The notes under the pieces were generated by a model. It did no database searches. It had not been told where the DNA came from and saw only the letters and a list, made by a program, of their open reading frames with translations. This document shows positions 20,926 to 31,194 of a stretch of 64,000 bases of DNA, piece after piece (within the stretch, counting starts at the first letter, position 1; every line of letters begins with the position of its first letter). This DNA is from an uncultured Acidobacteriota bacterium (GTDB taxonomy: Bacteria > Acidobacteriota > Terriglobia > UBA7540): NCBI GenBank assembly GCA_963733285.1, contig CAVTDA010000172.1, positions 6,070 through 70,069 on the forward strand, written 5' to 3'. Position numbers and translations under genes: made by a program.

Positions 20926-21558
20926 TTAATTCACGAGGTCGTGGCGCACGGCATAATGGATGAGATCCGCCGTTGTCGACAAATTCAGTTTTTCCAGAAG
21001 ATGGGCGCGGTAGGTGCTTACGGTGGTGACTCCCAGGTTGAGAAGGTCGGCGATCTGAGTGAGGGACTTTCCGGAAGCCATTAAGCGCAGCACTTCGAGT
21101 TCTCGAATCGACAACTTTTCGTGCGCTGGGGCGTCGGGATTTTGGCCGAAGTCCAAGGCGAGAATTTCCGCCAAAGCCCCGCTGACATACATTCCGCCGC
21201 CCAGGAGCTTGCGGACTGCCCTCACCAGCTCTTCCGGCTCACTGTCCTTGCTCATGAACCCCGACGCTCCCGCCTTCAGGGCGCGCCTCCCCAACTGTTC
21301 CTCGGAATGAACCGTGAAGATCAAAATCGGGAGCTTGGGCTGAACGGATTTAATGTCCTTGAGAATGTCCAATCCGCTGCGGCCGGGCATGGTGATGTCC
21401 AGAATCAGCAGATCCCAGTGCTTGGCCTGGACTGCGGAAAGGGCCTGCTGAGTATTGGCCGCTTCGCCGATCTCCAGGTCATGAACTTCATGCGTCAGGA
21501 TCTGGTTCAGTCCTTTTCGCAGAATGGCATGATCGTCCGCAAGGAGGATTCTGGTCAA
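20926..21558 (-). CDS. LuxR/NarL-family response regulator
   Basis: REC domain (RILLADDHAILRKGL…DLLILDITMPGRSG…) plus a C-terminal LuxR HTH (LSIRELEVLRLMASGKSLTQIADLLNLGVTTVSTYRAHLLEKL). Confidence 0.9.
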   Translation of the reverse strand: MTRILLADDHAILRKGLNQILTHEVHDLEIGEAANTQQALSAVQAKHWDLLILDITMPGRSGLDILKDIKSVQPKLPILIFTVHSEEQLGRRALKAGASGFMSKDSEPEELVRAVRKLLGGGMYVSGALAEILALDFGQNPDAPAHEKLSIRELEVLRLMASGKSLTQIADLLNLGVTTVSTYRAHLLEKLNLSTTADLIHYAVRHDLVN

Positions 21559-21938
21559 TTCCCCTCCTTTTTCATCTCTGTGTTCCGGCGCTCCAAACTT
21601 TCCGGGGTAAAGAGTTGCGGATGATCATGGTAGACAGGGGGTGAAAGCGCAGGGTTCCGGTCGGCGATTTGGAAGCCGTATATGTTCCAGATGAGGGCGT
21701 TGGTTTCAGGCGTCCAAATCCCGAATTCATTTGGCGCCCATAGGAGAGGTTGCCTGGAGTTCGTGGGGAATTGACGAAAGGCTGCGGGAAAGGGCTCGAA
21801 CTTCACTCCAGCGATGCTACCGGTGCCATGGCTCCTGGCTATCGGGCGAAGGGAGGAATCCGTTTGCTTTTTCGAGCGTCTCATAGCCGCACCGAAATTA
21901 CCCGAGAACGCGGAGAGAAGTCGCCAGGGGGGAGCCAT
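21555..21938 (-). CDS. hypothetical protein with a PAS-like fragment, 4-bp overlap with the response regulator gene
   Basis: …LLWAPNEFGIWTPETNALIWNIYGFQIADRNPALSPPVYHDHPQLF resembles a PAS core. The start codon is uncertain. Confidence 0.3.
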   Translation of the reverse strand: MAPPWRLLSAFSGNFGAAMRRSKKQTDSSLRPIARSHGTGSIAGVKFEPFPAAFRQFPTNSRQPLLWAPNEFGIWTPETNALIWNIYGFQIADRNPALSPPVYHDHPQLFTPESLERRNTEMKKEGN

Positions 21939-22298
21939 GCCAGTTGCGACTTTCCCTTAGGAATCGGGATCAGAATTTCGCTACCCCCCGGCTCCAAATC
22001 ACTGGAAACCGGACCGGGGCATTATAAGGCAGATTCAATTGTTTATCAACAATCTGTTACATAACTACAAGGTAAGAGAGAAATTCTCCTTCTGGCGCAC
22101 GTTAAAGAATTCCCTCAGTTGTGAAACGCCGTCGATTGCGCGAGAGGTGGGATTAAAGCTAATTCGGGCTCCCCGATCGCATCCAGGCTTGGGCATTGCG
22201 CCCGCCGAGGAACCGGAATATCATCGTCAATGAATCGAGCCGCATTCCGAGTTCTGAGCTGCAAATTCAATCGTCAGTAAGCCCCGGAGGAGGTTGAT

Positions 22299-22715
22299 AT
22301 GGAGGACAAGGTCCGGTGGTCGCGTGTGCTTCTGGGTGGATTCGTCGCGGGGCTGGTCGTCAACCTATTCTTGCTCGCGCCCGGCTGGTTTTTTTGGCGA
22401 GTCTTCCGCGCGCTGCCTCCGGATGTTGGAAGAGTTCTTACCTTGGCCATGGTGGTTCTGGCCTTCCTCATGACCATCGTGATGACCTGGTGCTATGCGG
22501 TGGCTCGTGGGCGGCTTAAGCCGGGCTTTGGGACGGCTGCGATATTAGGTGTGGGCCTGGGGTTGTTCCTGGCGGTTCTTATATATGTCGGGTGGCGGGT
22601 AATCCTGGGGACGGTTCCGGTTAAGGTTTGGATTTTAAACGCCGCGGTTACCTTCGCCGCTTTGGTGATTGCATCCATGCTCGGCGCGTGGATTTACGAA
22701 AAGCCTTCCTCCTAG
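22299..22715 (+). CDS. hypothetical membrane protein (about 4 TM)
   Basis: 138-aa ORF with four hydrophobic stretches and a GGAGG RBS just upstream of the ATG. Confidence 0.5.
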   Translation: MEDKVRWSRVLLGGFVAGLVVNLFLLAPGWFFWRVFRALPPDVGRVLTLAMVVLAFLMTIVMTWCYAVARGRLKPGFGTAAILGVGLGLFLAVLIYVGWRVILGTVPVKVWILNAAVTFAALVIASMLGAWIYEKPSS

Positions 22716-22721
22716 CCTTCC

Positions 22722-23141
22722 TCAACTGAATTTCAGGTGATAGAGCATCCAGTAGACGACGACTCCCGTGACGGAGACGTAGATCCACAGCGGCAGCGTC
22801 CACACGGCGATGCGGCGGTGAAGGTCAAAGCGATTTTTCAGGGCGCGGTAAAGCGTGGTGAGCACGAGCGGCACAATCACCACAGCCAGAATCGTATGTG
22901 AGCCCAGCAGGGTGAGGTACGCGGTTCGAATCCTTCCGTGTCCGGGAAAGCGCGTGACCCCGTGAAAGTAGTGATAGGTCAGGTAGCAGATCAGAAAGAC
23001 CACCGACGTCCCGAAGGCCGAGAGCATGCAGGCGCGGTGCGCGGGAATGTTGCGCCGGCGAACAAAATAAAAGCCGCAAATCAGCAGTAGGGCGCTCAAG
23101 CCGTTGAGCGTGGCATCCAGGAGCGGGAAGAAATGGAGCAT
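22722..23141 (-). CDS. DUF420 membrane protein (cytochrome oxidase-associated)
   Basis: MLHFFPLLDATLNGLSALLLICGFYFVRRRNIPAHRACMLSAF… is the typical DUF420 start. Lies adjacent to ctaB/ctaA. Confidence 0.7.
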   Translation of the reverse strand: MLHFFPLLDATLNGLSALLLICGFYFVRRRNIPAHRACMLSAFGTSVVFLICYLTYHYFHGVTRFPGHGRIRTAYLTLLGSHTILAVVIVPLVLTTLYRALKNRFDLHRRIAVWTLPLWIYVSVTGVVVYWMLYHLKFS

Positions 23142-23168
23142 GGATGAACCGGGGCGCGGGCGTTGCGG

Positions 23169-24089
23169 TTAGCGTTGAATGCGATCGAACATGAGCAGCG
23201 CGAAGACCATCGGCAGGTAGATAATCGACGCCATTAGCAGTTGCCGGGCCAGCACGTTGGTGCGGCTTGCCGCCATGCGCGCGCCATAATAAAGGAAGGC
23301 CACACCCATCAGGCCGGCGCCCAAAAGGTAGACGATTCCCGCATGGCCGGTCAAGGCGGGAATCAAGCTCACGGGTAGAAGCGCCAGCGTGAAGCCGATA
23401 ATCTGACGCGCCGCCACCCGGCCGGTCGAATCTTCCCGTGGAAGCATTTGCAGCCCCGCGCGCGCGTAATCTTCACGATACATCCAGGCGATGGCGAGCA
23501 GGTGGGGGAACTGCCACAAGAAAAGGATGGCGTAAAGAACCCAGGCCTCAGCGCTCAGGCTGTTGCGAACCGCGGCCCAACCGATCAGCGGCGGCACCGC
23601 GCCGGGAAACGCTCCAACGATCGTGCAAAGGGGAGTCTGGCGCTTGAGCGGAGTATAAAAGATCAGATACGAAGCCAGCGTCGCCAGCGCCAGCACGCTG
23701 GTCAGCGGGTTTGCGGCAACCCAAAGCTCCGTGCCACCGGCGATTGCCAGCAGGATTCCGAACCAAAAGGCTTCCCAACTGTGCATGCGCCCCGAAGGAA
23801 GCGGCCGTTTTGCCGTGCGGCGCATCAAGGCATCGCTGTGGCGCTCGAGGTATTGGTTCAGCGTGCCGGTGCCGCTTGCCACCAGCAGTGTTCCCATCAA
23901 AGTGTGGAACAGCAGCCAGCCTTTGAGAGGTCCGGACGAGGCCAGATAGAAGCCCACCAGCGCGCTGACCAGCACGAGGAAGTTGACCTCCGGCTTCGTC
24001 AGCGTCCAATAGTCGGCCAGGTGAACCAGCCACGCCGGCCGCCCGGGACGCGACTCCTGCACAGCCTCGAATTGAACGGCTTCACTCAT
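23169..24089 (-). CDS. ctaB: protohaem IX farnesyltransferase (haem O synthase)
   Basis: UbiA-family protein with …YWTLTKPEVNFLVL… and RHSDALMRRTAKRPLPSG. The likely ATG is at 24089, although the ORF extends to 24158. Confidence 0.85.
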   Translation of the reverse strand: MSEAVQFEAVQESRPGRPAWLVHLADYWTLTKPEVNFLVLVSALVGFYLASSGPLKGWLLFHTLMGTLLVASGTGTLNQYLERHSDALMRRTAKRPLPSGRMHSWEAFWFGILLAIAGGTELWVAANPLTSVLALATLASYLIFYTPLKRQTPLCTIVGAFPGAVPPLIGWAAVRNSLSAEAWVLYAILFLWQFPHLLAIAWMYREDYARAGLQMLPREDSTGRVAARQIIGFTLALLPVSLIPALTGHAGIVYLLGAGLMGVAFLYYGARMAASRTNVLARQLLMASIIYLPMVFALLMFDRIQR

Positions 24090-24170
24090 TACTTTTGGTG
24101 GTTTGAAACGTGAACTTTCTGAACCCTTCCCGTCATGCCCTGAAAGCCGGGAAGTCAATTTTCTACCAAC

Positions 24171-25094
24171 TTACGTCGTCGCCTCGTGCGGCGATGTGAC
24201 CTCGACAGTCCTGCCTGAACTCGCCACAAACCGCCGCGCCTGATAAGTCAGGTAGAGACTGGTCAGCAGAATCAGTGCGCCAGTCGCGACATGCGCCGTG
24301 GTAATGTCGACCACCGGAGGCAACGGTTGCGGAGCCGTGCGCGCCGCGAGCTTCATAAAATACGAGCCAATGCCCAGGAAGAGCTGAAGCACCACCAGCC
24401 CGCCCAGCAGCAACGTGGGACGAACCACCTTCTTGACCTTACTGAAGCGCATCAAGGCGACGGCAACGATCCAGCCAACAAGCAGCGTTACCGTGCAAGC
24501 CCCCACCACATGCGGTGTGATGATTCCCGCCTTCGAATGGCGATAGATGGCGCCCAAAATTAATTGTACCAGAATGACGCCGGTGGTGAGCGTGGTGAGA
24601 TGATGCAGCGACGGCGTGGAGGAGTCTTCCACTTTGGCTTCTTCCCATCGCCAGTTCGCCCCGGTAAACAGCGCCAGGCTCGAGGCGAGGCAGAAGAAGA
24701 TCTGCCCCAGCGTCGCGTGCGCGGTGGAGATGGCAACCGGCAGATAGAACAGCACGGTAATTCCACCCAGCAGCGCCTGCGCCAGCACCGCCATGACCGC
24801 GGCAAAAGCCACCCACCGCAGCCAGCGCCGCGACTCCACGCCCCAGATCCAGACGGCCAGAGCAATCGTCAGCATGCCCACGGTGCCGGCAATCATGCGG
24901 TGGCCGTGCTCGAATTTCACGCCTCCCACCATGCGCGGCATGTGGAAGGTGCCAAATGAGGTCGGCCAGTCCGGCACGGAAAGTCCCGCGTCGTTGCTGG
25001 TGACGAGCGCGCCGGCAACCACCAGCAGAAACGTGCAGAAGGCGATAAAGGTTGCGTATCGATGCAGCCAGGGATGATATTCCGTGTTCGACAT
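24171..25094 (-). CDS. ctaA: haem A synthase (COX15/CtaA family)
   Basis: 307-aa polytopic protein with …GALVTSNDAGLSVPDWPTSFG…EHGHRMIAG…. Lies upstream of ctaB. Confidence 0.8.
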   Translation of the reverse strand: MSNTEYHPWLHRYATFIAFCTFLLVVAGALVTSNDAGLSVPDWPTSFGTFHMPRMVGGVKFEHGHRMIAGTVGMLTIALAVWIWGVESRRWLRWVAFAAVMAVLAQALLGGITVLFYLPVAISTAHATLGQIFFCLASSLALFTGANWRWEEAKVEDSSTPSLHHLTTLTTGVILVQLILGAIYRHSKAGIITPHVVGACTVTLLVGWIVAVALMRFSKVKKVVRPTLLLGGLVVLQLFLGIGSYFMKLAARTAPQPLPPVVDITTAHVATGALILLTSLYLTYQARRFVASSGRTVEVTSPHEATT

Positions 25095-25256
25095 GCCGCT
25101 TGCCTTGCCCCTCGAGGTTCAAATTTTTGCGAAGATACTAGATTACCACATTGGAGGCGGGCCGGAGCGCTCCTTCTGCGGAGGAATCCGGTGTTCTGAG
25201 GTAGGGCGTGACGGCTTGAGCACCCGCCTCATAATAATTCGGAGTTGAGGCGCCCA

Positions 25257-26468
25257 TTATTCCTTCCGGTAATGCCGCTCCAAAGCCCTTTGGGTCTTTG
25301 CCAGCTCGGCCACAAGTTGCTTCTCCGCGGGCAGCGCCAACCGGTATTCCCCCGCCAGCACCTTGTTCCGAAGGTTCCCGAGGGCATAGTGGGCCACCGC
25401 CTCGTTTCCCTTGGAACACAATATCAAACCCACGGGCGGGTTCTCGCCGGCGTGGGTCCAGTGCTCCTGGGCATAGTTTAGATAAAGATTCATCTGGCCG
25501 GCGTCGGCATGCGTGAACTTTCCCGTCTTGAGATCAATCAGGATCAGGCACTTTAACCGGCGGTGGAAAAATACCAGGTCAATGCGGTACCAATCGTCTC
25601 CAACACGCAAGCGTTTTTGGCGGGCGACAAAGCTGAATTCGTTGCCGAGTTCGAGGAGAAAATTCTCGAGGTGAAGAACCAGCGCCTCTTCCAATCCGGA
25701 TTCCGAGTACTCATCCTTTAAACCCAAAAACTCGAGAATGAGGGGATCCTTGAGTGCTTCCTCCGGAGTGACGTGTTCCCCAGGCTCCGGACTGCGCCCC
25801 TTTCGCAGCATCGAGCCCTTCTTGCGGGAGAGTGCGGTGCGCTCATAAAACAGCGTTGAAATTTGCCGATCCAACTGGCGCACGGACCATCCGCCTCTGA
25901 GCGCCTCCTCTTCGTAAAACCTGCGAGCCTGTGCGTCTTTCACCGTGAGGAGAAGAACATAGTGGGACCAGGGAAGAAGAAAGCGCGGGCGCATGCTGAT
26001 CTGTGGAAGAGCTGACTTTCCATAGCCTGCTCCGGCCTCGGCCAATTTTGCAGACAGTGTCTGCACTTTTGGTTTCGCGGGTGAAGCGTGCGAGGGTTCG
26101 ACCTTCCCCGCGAGGCGGGCAGCGCCGTGTTCGCCGGAGTTGAATTTTGCAGACACTGTCTGCAAAATTGGCCATGTCAGATAGAATTCACGCATTTGGA
26201 AAATGTTGCGTTGGGAAAATCCCCGCCCAAATCTCGCCGTCAGGTCGCGAGCCAGCCTTTCCATGAGAGCCTCGCCATATTGCGCGCGCTTCTTTCCCCG
26301 CTGCTCATGCACAACGATGCGCCGGCCAATTTCCCAGTAGGTGGCCGTGATGATGGTGTTGACCGCTCGAACCGTGCCTCGGCGCGCCTCCTCCAGCAAA
26401 TGCACGACGTCCCGAAACAGCACGGGATAATCCGCTTGGGTCAATTTCGTTTTTCCACTCATGCACAA
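25257..26468 (-). CDS. DUF1016 / YhcG-type PD-(D/E)XK nuclease domain protein
   Basis: N-terminal …VNTIITATYWEIGRRIVVHEQRGKKRAQYGEALMERLARDLTARFGRGFSQRNIFQMREFYLTWP…LPWSHYVLLL. C-terminal core …RIDLVFFHRRLKCLILIDLKTGKFTHADAGQMNLYLNY. Confidence 0.8.
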   Translation of the reverse strand: MCMSGKTKLTQADYPVLFRDVVHLLEEARRGTVRAVNTIITATYWEIGRRIVVHEQRGKKRAQYGEALMERLARDLTARFGRGFSQRNIFQMREFYLTWPILQTVSAKFNSGEHGAARLAGKVEPSHASPAKPKVQTLSAKLAEAGAGYGKSALPQISMRPRFLLPWSHYVLLLTVKDAQARRFYEEEALRGGWSVRQLDRQISTLFYERTALSRKKGSMLRKGRSPEPGEHVTPEEALKDPLILEFLGLKDEYSESGLEEALVLHLENFLLELGNEFSFVARQKRLRVGDDWYRIDLVFFHRRLKCLILIDLKTGKFTHADAGQMNLYLNYAQEHWTHAGENPPVGLILCSKGNEAVAHYALGNLRNKVLAGEYRLALPAEKQLVAELAKTQRALERHYRKE

Positions 26469-26534
26469 GACTCCCCATGGGAGAAGGCAACTTCGTTCCG
26501 CACTCCCTCCCGAATGGCCGTGGCCAAGCCAAGC

Positions 26535-27309
26535 TTAGCTCACCTTAAAAACAAAATCTGCAGTCTTGGATTCCTTGGGTCCGAGGGTGATCTTCTGTTC
26601 CTGACGTTCCAAACGTCGCGGTCCAGACTCCAATCGTGTAATCGCCCGGCGGCAGGCCTTGGAGCGCATACGTGCCATCGCTTCCCGTGACGGCGAAGAA
26701 GGGATTGGCGACGACGCCCAGCCAGGCGCGCATCCACGGATGCTGATTGCACTTGATGGGAATCGTCACTTCCGGGTGCATGAATTTCTGGAGCAACGGC
26801 GCCGCGCCCGGCAATTGCGACATGTTCCACTCGCGATTGTTCTGCGGCATCGGATGGATATTGTGCGTCGTGTCGTCGGAAGAGACGATTTGCAGAATTT
26901 GCCCCGCCATGATGCCGAGCACGTGCGGCTTGTACATGCAACCGTTCTGATCGAGCACGGCCGGAGTCGCCGTCGGCGCGAAGACGTACTTCTCCGCCCC
27001 GGCTTTGACATAGACGAAAGCGTTGGGGAGCGTGCCATTCGGATTCACCTGTCCGTCCTCGGCGTAGACAGGGCCGTGGTTCTTCTGCTCACAGGCGGGG
27101 TCTTGATCCATATTGATGCGCTGCGGTTTGGGCGGCGTGCCCGCAAAGCTGATTTTCCCCGTCACTTCCCCGACGGTCGCGGGGTCAATTGGAGTCGGCG
27201 CCGCGGGAGACTCCTTCGCCGGCCCGGATTCCGGCTCCTCCGCCTTCTTCCCGCACCCCACCAGAGCCAGAACGAAGACTAAGATAAGAAGCCACGGTCG
27301 CTTGTCCAT
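26535..27309 (-). CDS. cupredoxin-like / carboxypeptidase-regulatory-like lipoprotein, one frame break near the 3' end
   Basis: Lipoprotein signal …LALVGCG. Possible copper ligands in …TTHNIHP…CNQHPWM…. The tail reads …GDYTIGVW… then QEQKITLGPKESKTADFVFKVS after a frame switch (stop 26535-26537). Confidence 0.45.
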
Positions 27310-27619
27310 CCATCCTCCTCAATGATGCCCGCCGAATGGATTCAATTTTCCGGCGATTCTTCCTTCTTATTGTACGCCGCCAGGTGCTGGGGTAAGCCTG
27401 CCGATATCCCGAAGTGGCGCATGCTTCCCGGGGCGCCACCCCAGTGGTTTTTCGGAGCCGCATTAGCAACCTCGCAGCCGCTTTGAGAGGCTCATAACCT
27501 AAAGCCTTCCGCGATACTCACATGCCTGGCTTTAAGAATGGACGGCCATCTCTAACGGCATGAAGCAATTTCGCAGGTTTACCCGATTTCGCCGGAACGG
27601 TCCGAGTCAAAAACCAGGC

Positions 27620-30178
27620 TCAGTGATTGATCCTCTTATATTCAACGAGGAGCGACCCAGGGCGATCAGCGATCTCGACTCTCAGGCGCTGAAGTTCAGC
27701 TCCCACGATTACGGTCTTCTTCGATGGCGTGTAAGTCGGGTAGAAGGTCACTTCGTATTCAGCTTTCGGCTCAATCTCATGCAGGGCAAATTCGTAGTTA
27801 CCGTAGGGAGAGAGATGCCGGCGGAACGCCAACACCATGCCGTCGTGGTTGGCGGTTCGGTGGAATTGCATCACGCACCAATCTTCTGCGCTGGTGGTCA
27901 ATTCGTCGGGCGGATAGAAATTGCCAAAGAAGTACTTGCGGATGCGTTTCCCTTCCGCGATAGCCTGCTTAAGCTGGTCGCGCGGATAGCCGGCGGGCCG
28001 CACATCTTCACCGAAGGCGATGCCGGCATTGAACCCGCTGCGAAACCAATAGGGGCTTGCGCCCATCTGGCCGCTGGTGCTGAAAGGCACATAGCGATCC
28101 AGGCCCGCCGTCATCAACTGGTTCTGTAAGGCGGACTGGTCAAAGTCCAGATTCATCAGCGGAAATCCTGTGGCGTCCGTTCGCCAAAGGGGAAGCGAGC
28201 GGGAAGAAGTTTCCAGGTCGATGCGCCGCCCGCCGCTGGCACAGTTATCAATGTAAAGGTGAGGGAAGGCCTGAAGAATGTCGTCCCACATCTTGTACAG
28301 GCCTTCCACGTAGCGAATTTCCGCCATGCCCACGCGGTCCGGGTCCGGCGAATCCAGGATCTTCCAAAAAGGTCCAGGATCGATGTTGTAATCGATGCGC
28401 AGGCAGTCGAGCCCGTACGCTTTGATCACAGCCTCCAGATACTTTGTCATGTACTCGCGGGCCGCCGGCACGCCCAGGTTGAACAGGCCGCGGTTTAACT
28501 CCCAACCGGAACCTCTTGCCACTTTCACGACCCATTCCGGATGTTCCCGCGCGAGGTATGTTCCGAAGTGCACGCGTTCGGGCTCGAACCAGACCAGGAA
28601 CCCCATGCCTTCACGGTGAGCAGCATCGCCGATTGGCTTCAAGCCGCGCGGAAAACGGTCAGGGGGTTCCGCCCGCTCGATGGGAAATCCATAGTGCCCC
28701 ATGCCATTGGGGAACCCATCCTTGGTCCAATAGGCGTCCAGCCAGAGCATCTCGAATCCCAGCCCCTTGATCGAATCCAGGTGCGAAAGGACATCGCTCT
28801 CCGTGCTGTCATTGAGTTCGTAGAAAGAAGTGGTGAGGTGGGCGATGGGAGGAGTCACGATGGCGCCATCGATCCGGGGGACGATGTGGCTGAGCATCGT
28901 GGAACGAAACAGGTTGTGGCCGCGCGTGCAATCATCGCCAAACCAGTAGAGCTGCAAAATTCGCGGGCTCCGGATGCTCTCCCCCGGATGCAGCCGAAGG
29001 TGCAGGTTCTGCATGCCGGCTTGCAGGCGCAATTTCCCGTCCGGCTGCCGCTCGAGCTGGGCGCTCCATTGACCCGACCAGCCAATGGCGGTTACGACCC
29101 CGCCCCCACCATACTGGACGGTGAAAAACGGGCAGGCCTTTTGCGAAGGCCTGCCGCCGGTGGGTGCGAACTCGATTCGCTGACCGGGCGCAATCGAATC
29201 TTCCAGCGGCTGCCAATCATCCACTTGGGCGTCACTTCCCCGCAGCCGATGCAATCTGGGGGTGGTCCCGACTCCGGGGTTGATCGTCACATCCAGGGCC
29301 TTGACGTTCTCAAGGATGGGGGTGTCTTTGCTGCCCCGATTGGTGAAATACAACGTCCAATCGACGCCCGCGGTATCCGTGTAGATGGTGGCCACCGCGC
29401 GGATTTCCAAACCCGTCGCCGGGTCCTGTAAGGTCACGGTTCGCCGCAGCCGATCCCTGTCCAGTTGTTCAGCCTTAACATCCCGTTTCCATTTACCGAG
29501 GAATTCGCGCGAGGGCCGGCCGTCCAGCGTGAATGAGAATGGGAAATCGGTGCTTGTCTCCCATTGGTCAGCAAGTTCGTCAAGCCACAATTGCGAACCG
29601 TCCCGGAGCACCACGCGTGCATCGGCCCAGTTACCGCGGCCGGGAAACTCGCTGTCGGGTGGCGATTCCACCACCAGGTCAAAGGTCTGCGCCCCATCCA
29701 GCGGAATATCCAGGGCAAGCGCCGCTGCCGGTGTTTTGATGAACTCGCTTACAAAAACTGTCTTGCCGCTAACCTCCACGCGAAATCTGATTGCGGTATG
29801 GGTGCCGTCCGAGGTTGGATCCATTCCCACCTCCGCCCGAAACCGGTCCGCGGGCTGGGTGAGTTCCACTCGCAGCACGCTCTGCGACTTGACACCAATG
29901 CCGCGGGAATAGGTCTTGTCGCCCAGTCGAATCTTTCCTCCGAGCGAACCGAGGTTCTTTTTTGTATCGCCCGCCCGCTCCTCATGGAGCAGAAGCAGGC
30001 GGTTGCGCGGCGCCAAAGGCGTTTGGGTGCCGCCGAATGCCCGCTCTGCCCAGGCGCGGTTGAACCCCAATTCTTTGGTTGCCGGCTTGACCTCTTCCCC
30101 CGGGAAGAGTGGAGGAACAATGGCAACTTGCCAGGCCACGGCTAACAACATGCTTAAAAGAATTGCATTTTTGCGCAT
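27620..30178 (-). CDS. secreted glycoside hydrolase, NPCBM-like N-terminal module plus alpha-galactosidase-like (clan GH-D, GH36-type) catalytic domain
   Basis: ATG at 30178 with signal peptide MRKNAILLSMLLAVAWQ. Catalytic part contains …GFEMLWLDAYWTKDGF… and …YIDNCASGGRRIDLETSS…. Confidence 0.65.
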   Translation of the reverse strand: MRKNAILLSMLLAVAWQVAIVPPLFPGEEVKPATKELGFNRAWAERAFGGTQTPLAPRNRLLLLHEERAGDTKKNLGSLGGKIRLGDKTYSRGIGVKSQSVLRVELTQPADRFRAEVGMDPTSDGTHTAIRFRVEVSGKTVFVSEFIKTPAAALALDIPLDGAQTFDLVVESPPDSEFPGRGNWADARVVLRDGSQLWLDELADQWETSTDFPFSFTLDGRPSREFLGKWKRDVKAEQLDRDRLRRTVTLQDPATGLEIRAVATIYTDTAGVDWTLYFTNRGSKDTPILENVKALDVTINPGVGTTPRLHRLRGSDAQVDDWQPLEDSIAPGQRIEFAPTGGRPSQKACPFFTVQYGGGGVVTAIGWSGQWSAQLERQPDGKLRLQAGMQNLHLRLHPGESIRSPRILQLYWFGDDCTRGHNLFRSTMLSHIVPRIDGAIVTPPIAHLTTSFYELNDSTESDVLSHLDSIKGLGFEMLWLDAYWTKDGFPNGMGHYGFPIERAEPPDRFPRGLKPIGDAAHREGMGFLVWFEPERVHFGTYLAREHPEWVVKVARGSGWELNRGLFNLGVPAAREYMTKYLEAVIKAYGLDCLRIDYNIDPGPFWKILDSPDPDRVGMAEIRYVEGLYKMWDDILQAFPHLYIDNCASGGRRIDLETSSRSLPLWRTDATGFPLMNLDFDQSALQNQLMTAGLDRYVPFSTSGQMGASPYWFRSGFNAGIAFGEDVRPAGYPRDQLKQAIAEGKRIRKYFFGNFYPPDELTTSAEDWCVMQFHRTANHDGMVLAFRRHLSPYGNYEFALHEIEPKAEYEVTFYPTYTPSKKTVIVGAELQRLRVEIADRPGSLLVEYKRINH

Positions 30179-30219
30179 CGTGGAATCCCTTCCGGTTGAT
30201 GTCGACAAGCGCGGAATAA

Positions 30220-31170
30220 TTGTGGGCTGAGCGTTACCCTCGAACGAAACGCCGGCAATTCGCCGAATTTTGTCTTGCGCTCCCGGTCTCATCGACGATG
30301 GCTTTTCAAGCTGGTACAATTCCCGCCATGCAACAGTTGCGCGTTCAAGTTCACGGGCGGCAGTGGAAATCGCAAAACCCGCGGTACCAGCCTGGTTCCC
30401 ACCTTGCCAAGAGGCAGAGCCACTTCCGGGTGTGGCCCGGTCTGGCAGCTCTGGTGTTGGTATTTAGGGCCTCTCTCACCTGCGCAAACCTCGCGATTCA
30501 GAAAAGCGCTGAGACCTTTGGCGTGCCTGCGGATGAATACCGGCAGGCAAGGGAGCGCATGGTACACGACGAGATCGAGGCGCGCGGCGTGCGTGACGCT
30601 CGTGTGCTGGCGGCAATGCGCAAGGTCCCGCGGCACCTGTTTGTTCCACCGGGTCAGCAAAAGAACGCCTACGTCGACGCACCCTTGCACATTGGCTTTG
30701 GCCAGACCATCACTGAACCCTACCTTGTGGCCTTCATGACGGAAGCGCTGGAGCTGAAGTCCACTGATCGGGTACTGGAGATTGGTACAGGGTCAGGCTT
30801 CCAGGCGGCCGTATTGGCGGAACTGGCGCGCGACGTCTATACCATTGAAATCGTCGAGCCACTGGCCAAGGCGGCGAACCAACGTCTGCGGCGTTTGGGG
30901 TATACAAACATCCACGTGAGGGCCGGAGATGGCTATGCGGGGTGGCCGGAGGCAGCACCGTTTGACGCAATCATTCTGACCGCTGCGCCGCCGGAACGCG
31001 TGCCTCCCCCCCTGATCGAGCAGTTGCGCGAGGGTGGGCGTCTCGTCGCCCCCGTGGGAGGCACCTATCAGGATTTGACTCGACTCCGCCGCACTCCGAA
31101 GGGCGTGACCGAAGAAACCCTGCTGCCGGTACGATTTGTTCCGATGACCGGGGAAGCTCAGAAGCCGTAG
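30220..31170 (+). CDS. pcm: protein-L-isoaspartate O-methyltransferase (start uncertain: 30220, 30298 or 30559)
   Basis: …VRDARVLAAMRKVPRHLFVP…AYVDAPLHIGFGQTITEPYLVAFMTEAL…VLEIGTGSGFQAAVLAEL…GRLVAPVG… is the classic Pcm pattern. Confidence 0.8.
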   Translation: MWAERYPRTKRRQFAEFCLALPVSSTMAFQAGTIPAMQQLRVQVHGRQWKSQNPRYQPGSHLAKRQSHFRVWPGLAALVLVFRASLTCANLAIQKSAETFGVPADEYRQARERMVHDEIEARGVRDARVLAAMRKVPRHLFVPPGQQKNAYVDAPLHIGFGQTITEPYLVAFMTEALELKSTDRVLEIGTGSGFQAAVLAELARDVYTIEIVEPLAKAANQRLRRLGYTNIHVRAGDGYAGWPEAAPFDAIILTAAPPERVPPPLIEQLREGGRLVAPVGGTYQDLTRLRRTPKGVTEETLLPVRFVPMTGEAQKP

Positions 31171-31194
31171 GCCCAAACCCCTGACTGACCCGTC

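Noticed and set aside
22923-22933. tRNA-like T-loop string ggttcgaatcc, plus ggttcgagcc near 12800
   Set aside because: The flanking bases cannot form T-stem or acceptor-stem pairings. Both strings lie inside well-supported coding regions (the DUF420 gene and the DUF465 gene).
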